This document shows, in pieces, positions 59,301 to 64,000 of a stretch of DNA of 64,000 nt. Each line of letters opens with the position of its first letter. The first letter of the stretch is position 1. The notes beneath the pieces are model-generated. The model was given only the letters and a program-made list of their open reading frames with translations. It searched no databases and was not told the origin of the DNA. Source of the DNA: Oscillospiraceae bacterium (GTDB lineage Bacteria; Bacillota; Clostridia; Oscillospirales; Acutalibacteraceae); contig SVPH01000012.1 in NCBI GenBank assembly GCA_015065965.1, positions 3,841 to 67,840 on the forward strand. Direction: 5' to 3'. A program made the translations under genes and the position numbers.

Positions 59301-60430
59301 TTACTCATATATATCGGTGCGCTGCAGTACAGTTTTTTGAAGGTGATGTGTTGCATTGGTGGCATGTTCTTGTTGATAAAGGGCAGAAAATACGCGGCGT
59401 CAGAACTAAATGCAGCGATGATATGTTATGGTTGCCGTATGCGTGTGCTTTGTATTGGCGCAAAACGGGAGATACAGAGTTTTTTAGCAAAAAAATTCCT
59501 TATATAAGCGGTCCTGCGTTGTCAGAAAATGAAAAGGAACGATATATTGTGCCGGAAAGGTCAATTTTAAAAGAAAGTTTATTTGAACATTGTATTAAGG
59601 CAGTGGACTATTCTTTGAAACTGGGCAAGAATGGTTTACCATTGATTGGCTCATGCGATTGGAATGACGGTTTCAGCAATATGCAAGGGTCGGAGAGTGT
59701 TTGGCTGGCAATGTTTCAAAAAATTGTTCTTGAAGAAATGTCAGAAGTTTGTAAAGTGTACGGCATGAAAAATAAATCTGAAGAATATTCTTTAATTGCA
59801 AAGAAACTTGCAAAAAAAATTGATGAAAAAGCGTGGACAGGGGACAGATATGGCAGAGCAATATTGCAAAGCGGAAATCTGCTTGGTTCGGGCAAAGATT
59901 TTATTGATATTCTGCCTCAAGCATTTGCTACAATCGCAAATATAGGCACAAAGGAAAGGCAAAACAAGGCGCTTTCTACAGCATTGGACTTACTGTTTGA
60001 TGAAAGTAAAGGTATAGTGAGGTTGCTTTCTCCGCCTTTTTCTCATTATGAACGCAAATGTGTAGGATATATTGCATCGTATCCTGCCGGCCTTAGGGAA
60101 AACTCCGGGCAGTATACTCATGCTGCAGTCTGGTTATTATGGGCTTTGTTTAAGCAGGGGAGAACAGGAGAAGCAAAAAAACTTTTGAATGCAATAAATC
60201 CGCTTAGTTTTTATGAAAATACAGAAACTGCTGAAATTTACAGAGCAGAGCCGTTTGTTCTCGCAGGAGATATTTCATATGGAGAAGGAATAACAGGAAG
60301 AGCCGGATGGACACATTTCACAGGTTCTGCAGCATGGTTTTACAGATGTATTGCCGAGCATGAAAGTATTTTGAGTGAAAAAAATATCATTTCCTCGGAG
60401 AACCCGTCCGACAAGGCATGTAAAGCATAA
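53375..60430 (+). CDS. Cyclic beta-1,2-glucan synthase-like protein (Cgs/NdvB: GT84 + glucanotransferase + GH94 domains)
   Basis: EWLSDNYY, RERKRG, LDADT, LSHDIVEG, RLHRWVRGDWQ, TM block, LPPDN..RTSPTNIG, SWTGTMFEY, QCSGAYGFRDQLQD, DWNDG, RENSGQYTHAA. Confidence 0.9.
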   Translation: MKENIRFKMKNAVRVFKRNVADGGNEWLSDNYYVLERHAVQVADDCRHAQKLLKGSESLPGLFMHCSKLCKNGKLPDDDEIIEYFSRNSISGIAASFLPLVFTGVLVDIAAHGVKCGGKSGSKILAESITSLRCMAETDFEYITEKLSVAESILMSDPSGIYPLMDRESKNRYRYLIALKAKKEGRSEREVAEEVLKKAKKNSDHIGKYIVGKCKKRRGFVFLAMEIIMPFAASVAAAVLFRDLWLGLLLFLPIWEIMRYPVENASMKGVRPKRLFKLSSDKKQVLDIHTLITVSMLLPSAEKMHALEKHLEQVYLSNCVGNIKVCCLADFKGADSPSKPEDKGIIKAAKDVFDRLNAKHGGGFVLAVRPRVYSRTQEKFIGRERKRGAITELIRAIKGNTKGFTELYGDTENFGEVKYLIALDADTQLVFDSARELIAVAEHPLNVPVIENGRVSEGYGILVPKAKNRLRGENTTFFERVMAEDTGITAYDSFSGERYHDLFGESIFSGKGLINVDVFYELLDRGIPSETVLSHDIVEGGYLRAGYVPEVEITESFPDNADSFYSRLHRWVRGDWQNIGFIFGKNPLNFLSRYKMADNLRRSLTSPACIVALFYSLIVQGNAGVFAACAALVALCARNFYAGLNLIISSGFSSLTVLYFSKVLPNAMGSFARAFVSVACSAKETYVCISAAVTALWRLLVSRKNLLEWTTAAQAEKNKSTERLLVSCVPAVISATIFVLYGLPVHRLIGLIIFADIPLTLFGGRKTKQKKLNISENQRDSLISYASAMWGFYNDLCGKANNFLPPDNIQISPERAVANRTSPTNIGLMLTSFLAARDFGFITSAELYMRLNLSFGTIEKLEKYKGNLLNWYDTVTLEPLNPRLVSAVDSGNFLCCLTALKEGLREYVPECSSLEKIIIKAEKIISDTDLAVMYNEKKNLFHIGIFTDDGTKSSSYYDLYISEMRMTAYLAVARRLVPKKHWGAMGRISVRQGRYTGLVSWTGTMFEYFMPNLFIPAPEGSLSRESLYFCLMCQRKRAGNLPFGFSESGFFAFDGNLNYQYKAHGVQKLGLRRGLNKEFVISPYSSFLTLTTAPRISLKNLSKLASMGMTGKYGFYEAADFTKGRNSGEFSVVRSFMAHHVGMSFLSVANLLKDNCMQKRFMSDGFMQGAKSLLEEKAQTDLAVFEDIRSEETRHVREKTQSKNTVFADPSPFLPNATLFSNGRMTTCITDSGTGVSLFDGVDVTVNSNEVFLRPQGVFAAFLTENCRIPFIKAIDTGSGIKYSAEFLKNKAIHTSTFKDIRLISETSLMKFRNCEVRKYTVENMSNKDRIKGNLIVYFEPCLEKRTAYSAHPAFSKLFLLDEWDNDNNCCIFTRNGREEESRCAVAAGFAEKCTLYHETNREKVLKTPRGIFSLGEKTVFDAGRGNPDCCCSFLIDIELEPKEKKVFHFLIAAGENREEALNTLQQVRADKRKIRAENPFCSDSLGNAVSAILLPKVLYNKSGLAKTKLNEKCNFKKQDLWSFGISGDLPIILIEADKNSQAESVLPYVRFNKILRSCGIQTDLVIVCKDNNGYFSPVESMVKRILLQEDCTLMEGVKGGVHTVNSASYGHAQICALRAKSIQIANSAKKQDDNGRLPFRPLKINAGSDARKKECCVKRYNFTDGKIAIKNAAKALDIPWCMVYANQSLGTMVSDKSIGFTWAINSRENKLTPWYNDTMSDNRGEAVFLKYNGILYDIAALGNAEFTPEKATWLTEISGLQIRTEISIPQKGMTKRCLLTVTNKSEGIRSFDLMYFTLPVLGVSRENAGAFYVQKCDNGIIVKNSDSEIPGYSALVCSDLPDYFCCSVKDFFEGNFSSASFDISSDCCIAVGKKISLDTGEVMSFEFYLSWGATERAAEIMPKVSKFGGRMMCPKKLETNDEKLNLFFNSFLYSQIKQSRFWGRTGFYQCSGAYGFRDQLQDCLAFIDFEPEIALTHIYRCAAVQFFEGDVLHWWHVLVDKGQKIRGVRTKCSDDMLWLPYACALYWRKTGDTEFFSKKIPYISGPALSENEKERYIVPERSILKESLFEHCIKAVDYSLKLGKNGLPLIGSCDWNDGFSNMQGSESVWLAMFQKIVLEEMSEVCKVYGMKNKSEEYSLIAKKLAKKIDEKAWTGDRYGRAILQSGNLLGSGKDFIDILPQAFATIANIGTKERQNKALSTALDLLFDESKGIVRLLSPPFSHYERKCVGYIASYPAGLRENSGQYTHAAVWLLWALFKQGRTGEAKKLLNAINPLSFYENTETAEIYRAEPFVLAGDISYGEGITGRAGWTHFTGSAAWFYRCIAEHESILSEKNIISSENPSDKACKA

Positions 60431-60858
60431 AAACTTAACAAGTGGCATGTTCAATTGAATTTTTTATCATTCGAAATAATTGCTGTAAAATAATCGACAA
60501 ATATGCGCATTTTTATTTAGTTTTTGTAAAGTTTTGCATTAAAACAACAGCGAGAAAAACTGAACAAAACACACGAGTCTGAAAAGTATATTTACTTTAC
60601 AAATAAGAGTAAATTCTGCAAAAGAACAATAAAACTTGCTTAAATTTATAAGATTTACTATACCTTTTAAATATGTACCCTCTGACAGACGAATTTCTGC
60701 TTCAAATTCGTCTGTACATAAACCCTGAAAAATCACCGCATCTGTAAAGTTACTACCCTTTACGGATGCGGATACTCTAATGCAGAGTCATTTTAGCCAA
60801 AAAAGGCAGAAAAAAGTTGTTGAATATTAACAAATTATTAAATCGTTTTTGAAAAACA

Positions 60859-60887
60859 TTGACATTGGTCGCGTTTTTGGGTATATT
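60859..60887 (+). promoter_or_regulatory. Near-consensus SigA-type promoter
   Basis: TTGACA-N17-TATATT, about 280 nt upstream of the large gene at 61171. Confidence 0.75.
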
Positions 60888-60902
60888 TAATATGACCATA
60901 TG

Positions 60903-61128
60903 GTGGTTTTCCAACTGTATTTGCGTCCTTTTAAGAGGTAAATATATGCGGATAACTGCTGTGGATGTCAAATTTTTGATTCTGACTGTTGCTTTGCGCC
61001 GGATAGATGGCGTGTCTGGCGCAGCGTAATCATGAAGGAGGTCGGTCAGAGTGCTAAACTCAGGCAAGGCGCAAATTAAATACGGCGCTTTAAAAGAGCG
61101 CAGCACATAGTCGAAAATTTGATTATCC
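60903..61128 (+). ncRNA. Structured 5' leader (cis-regulatory RNA candidate, family not recognised)
   Basis: Several nested stems found by eye, many with G-U pairs; see findings. Confidence 0.5.
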
Positions 61129-61170
61129 CTAAATCTTTTCAAAGTGCAAAATTTTTTGGAGGTGTACAAT

Positions 61171-64000
61171 TTGAAAAAGTCAACTCGCATTCTCGCAATC
61201 CTTATGGCTTTTGTAATGCTCATCGGCTCAATGTCCGTAATGGGTAGTGCTTATGAAGCATATAAGGGCGACGCCATCAAGAATCAGTACAACGATGTAG
61301 ACAAAGTAGACTTCACACTCGAACAGTCAGCATCAATGGCTCTTGATGAATTAGACCGTATGCTCGCTAAGGAGCAGATGGTACTTGATATTTATATCGG
61401 TACCCTTAACCTTGCAAGTGTTAACGATACCCTTACAAGTGTTATCTCACTTGTTGGTAGCGTTCAGTCACTTCTTCCCCTTCTTGGTGATGCAACTTCT
61501 CTCCCCTCGTTCATCGTTCCTCTTGAAGGAATTCAGAGATTTGAGGATTCTGACATGGACGTTGTCTATGCTCTTCTCGATTTCATTGCTAACATTGCTC
61601 CTCTTGCTGAGAAGTTTGTTAACGGTACAATCGACCTCGGTATCATGGACTCCTTCATTGCAGACTTCAAGTTTGATGTCAGAAACCTTGCAATCGGTCT
61701 TCTCTATGGTATGACTAAACAGGGTAAAGCAGAAGACTACGATGCAATGGATGACGGCGCTGCAGGTCTCCCTGACAAGTACAAAGACCCAACAAAAGAC
61801 GGTGCTCTTACTCTTCTCCAGGATCTTCTTATCGAACTTGTTCTTGGTGAGTGGAAGCAACTCGATGAAGAATTCAACGATCCCTACAGTGTAGTAATGT
61901 ATGAAAGTTACGGTTTCATGGATAAGTACGGTGAAACTGCTCCTGATACAGAGAACTATGACTACTACGGTTGGGTTCATCCCAAAGATTGGGTAACAGT
62001 TGGTCTCGGCGATTGCATCAGAGTTAACAAAGGCGAAGCTTGTCCCGCCGGCAACTACTACAGCGTAATTGATATTACAACAGATGCAAAAGGTTACGAG
62101 TTCATCGAAAGACTCATGCAGACTGCATACAACCAGCTCCTTGTTCCCGTTCTTAACAGAGATACAGTTCCTTGGGTTCGCAGACTTTGCGGCGTTGAGT
62201 ATCTCGACAAGTACACAAAGAGAACTCTTTACGGTGACGATCCTGCTACAGCAGTAGTTGAAGGTCAGGGCGATGTTCCCGCAGTTTGGTACAACAACCC
62301 CGATTACAACCCCAGTTACACCGGTGAAGCATTTGATGAAGCAGAACTCAACAAAACAAATGTTTACTCAAAACTCTTCAAGATGGATGCTGTTAAGATT
62401 CCCACAACAACCATTCCTGATGGTGAAACATTTGTTGATAACTTCAACGATGTTCTCGGTGATGTTGTAACGACAGTTGCAAAGAACAATGTTCTTGATG
62501 AAGTAACAAACGATACATACACATGGACATGGCAGTACGGCAGCAACGAATATCTCTTCGATAATATCGTTTCAGTTGGTAAGTTCGTTCTTCAGGTAAC
62601 AGGTGAACACTTCTTTGGCGAAACAGCATTTAAAGAAGAATTCCCCAGCGCAGCACAGATTGGTAAAATGGGCGAACAGGAAGTTGTTTCTCTTATCATG
62701 AAAGCAATCCTCAACAGTTCAGTTGATTGGATGTATATTGAATCAGAATATAAGACCATCGTTGATGTTGGTTACAGAGCAGTTGAACAACTTGCATGGC
62801 AGGATATTCCTCAGTTCACTTATGTAAAACCTGTTGAATCAGATTACAGCACAACTGAAGAATACTATGCAGCAGTTGTTGATAAGGCACTTGATATCCT
62901 TTTTGATGTCGCTGTTTACAACCTTAACCAGGGCTTTGATATGGTTCCTGCATCAGGCAGCAACCCTGTTGAAGGCGACGGTCTCCTTCAGTACGGCGGC
63001 GACTACGAAGATAAACTCGTTCAAATCGCTGCATGGGCAATTTCAGAGTATGGTCCTATCCTTGTAGGCGATAAGGTTCAGTTCTTCTGCGATGATTATA
63101 ACGGCGAAGTAGGCGATCTTACTGCTGACCATGTATGGCAGGATCTTGATACCATTATCAATGCTCTTATCCCCATTAAGGGTTCAGGCGCATGGATTTC
63201 ATCAGAAATCGCTGGTAACGGTAACGAAATCGTATCAAAGAAATTTATCTTTGACTATCTTCTTAAGCCCATCTACATGCTTGACGCTACAAACCTTGCA
63301 GAAATCTTTGCAAGAAACTCATCAAGCCAGTTTGCAGAAGATAACGGCGTTGAGATTATCATGAGCATCCTTACAAATGTATTTGAGCTCATCTTCCCCG
63401 GCGTATTCCAGGCAAAAGATACAATTGACGAAGTTCTCAACAATCAGCTCCTCGGTGCTATGGTTGGCGACCTTGTTAAGTCACTCGGTACAAAGGATAC
63501 AACAAACGCACTCAACAAGACTCTTAAAGCAAAAGGTCCTGCTATTGCTCAGGTAGCACTTCCTCTTGTTTGTATGCTCCTCGGCCTCAGTGATGACCAG
63601 GAATTCGAAGAGATGGAAATCTTCATCGACGAAGCAATTCCTTCAACACAGGCAGATGCTAACGCACCCACATTCCAGATTTACAACGGTTCAAGCGGTA
63701 TCAACACTGCTCACACAGCAGAAGACGGTACTGTAACTCAGGATAAACTTTATTCATACACCATCACAAACATCTATGTTTACACATATGATGCATCAGG
63801 TAACAACACAAATGCTTTATCAGCCAGTGTTACAAGCGGTACTCTTTCCGGTGGTGACAGCATGGAAGTTGCTCTTAACGGTACCCGTACAGAAGGCAAC
63901 CTCGTTGAAATCCAGGTATTCTATAATATCTATGGTGAAACAGGTGCTCAGCTTACAGGCGAGCGTCTTTCAAGCACAGTTTACACCTATGTTGGCGCTA
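61171..64000 (+). CDS. Very large secreted/cell-surface protein, 5' part (>943 aa, no stop in window)
   Basis: GGAGGTG RBS, TTG start, signal peptide MKKSTRILAILMAFVMLIGSMSVMGSA; frame appears open to the window end; codon bias resembles fba. Confidence 0.85.
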   Translation, partial: MKKSTRILAILMAFVMLIGSMSVMGSAYEAYKGDAIKNQYNDVDKVDFTLEQSASMALDELDRMLAKEQMVLDIYIGTLNLASVNDTLTSVISLVGSVQSLLPLLGDATSLPSFIVPLEGIQRFEDSDMDVVYALLDFIANIAPLAEKFVNGTIDLGIMDSFIADFKFDVRNLAIGLLYGMTKQGKAEDYDAMDDGAAGLPDKYKDPTKDGALTLLQDLLIELVLGEWKQLDEEFNDPYSVVMYESYGFMDKYGETAPDTENYDYYGWVHPKDWVTVGLGDCIRVNKGEACPAGNYYSVIDITTDAKGYEFIERLMQTAYNQLLVPVLNRDTVPWVRRLCGVEYLDKYTKRTLYGDDPATAVVEGQGDVPAVWYNNPDYNPSYTGEAFDEAELNKTNVYSKLFKMDAVKIPTTTIPDGETFVDNFNDVLGDVVTTVAKNNVLDEVTNDTYTWTWQYGSNEYLFDNIVSVGKFVLQVTGEHFFGETAFKEEFPSAAQIGKMGEQEVVSLIMKAILNSSVDWMYIESEYKTIVDVGYRAVEQLAWQDIPQFTYVKPVESDYSTTEEYYAAVVDKALDILFDVAVYNLNQGFDMVPASGSNPVEGDGLLQYGGDYEDKLVQIAAWAISEYGPILVGDKVQFFCDDYNGEVGDLTADHVWQDLDTIINALIPIKGSGAWISSEIAGNGNEIVSKKFIFDYLLKPIYMLDATNLAEIFARNSSSQFAEDNGVEIIMSILTNVFELIFPGVFQAKDTIDEVLNNQLLGAMVGDLVKSLGTKDTTNALNKTLKAKGPAIAQVALPLVCMLLGLSDDQEFEEMEIFIDEAIPSTQADANAPTFQIYNGSSGINTAHTAEDGTVTQDKLYSYTITNIYVYTYDASGNNTNALSASVTSGTLSGGDSMEVALNGTRTEGNLVEIQVFYNIYGETGAQLTGERLSSTVYTYVGA

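Noticed and set aside
663-60430. Numerous antisense or nested ORFs of 60-200 aa in the track
   Set aside because: They overlap well-supported genes and lack recognisable motifs; treated as shadow ORFs.
61040-61110. c-di-GMP-I or c-di-AMP riboswitch
   Set aside because: ggcaaggcgcaaa only superficially resembles the GEMM motif; the GNRA-capped stem and the ydaO conserved blocks were not found.
60539-63364. Short ORFs listed in the track across this region
   Set aside because: They are shadow frames of the intergenic region and of the single long frame starting at 61171.

Overview
Genomic window from a spore-forming anaerobic Firmicute (gene content suggests Clostridia, probably Oscillospirales; this is inference). 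1-17.5 kb: mostly housekeeping and cell-envelope genes (fba, darA, ABC exporter + DUF1854, rsmI, trmN6, rarA, FemAB, CCA-adding enzyme, GH29 fucosidase, LCP, secreted C1 protease). 17.9-48.8 kb: one co-oriented, tightly coupled Wzx/Wzy capsule/EPS locus. Inside it sits a 7-gene RiPP-like cassette (24352-30091): ABC exporter, PqqD/RRE, radical SAM-SPASM, an 86-aa YxxP-leader precursor, HPr-kinase-like kinase, soluble S26 peptidase and nucleotidyltransferase. There is no lasso cyclase, and this cassette is the best candidate for an undescribed system. The capsule locus plus a DUF6273 surface-protein gene and a TetR gene (about 34.5 kb) is bracketed by an imperfect ~81/87-bp direct repeat. The repeat consists of a terminator plus the spoVAD promoter, RBS and start, and the left copy is decayed. 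After it come spoVAD, an unlisted 47-aa ORF and a 2351-aa cyclic beta-1,2-glucan synthase-like gene behind a sigG-like promoter. The window ends with a highly structured ~270-nt leader and a very large secreted protein gene running off the edge. No rRNA, tRNA, CRISPR array, integrase or transposase was recognised. All calls come from reading motifs by eye; no database search was run.
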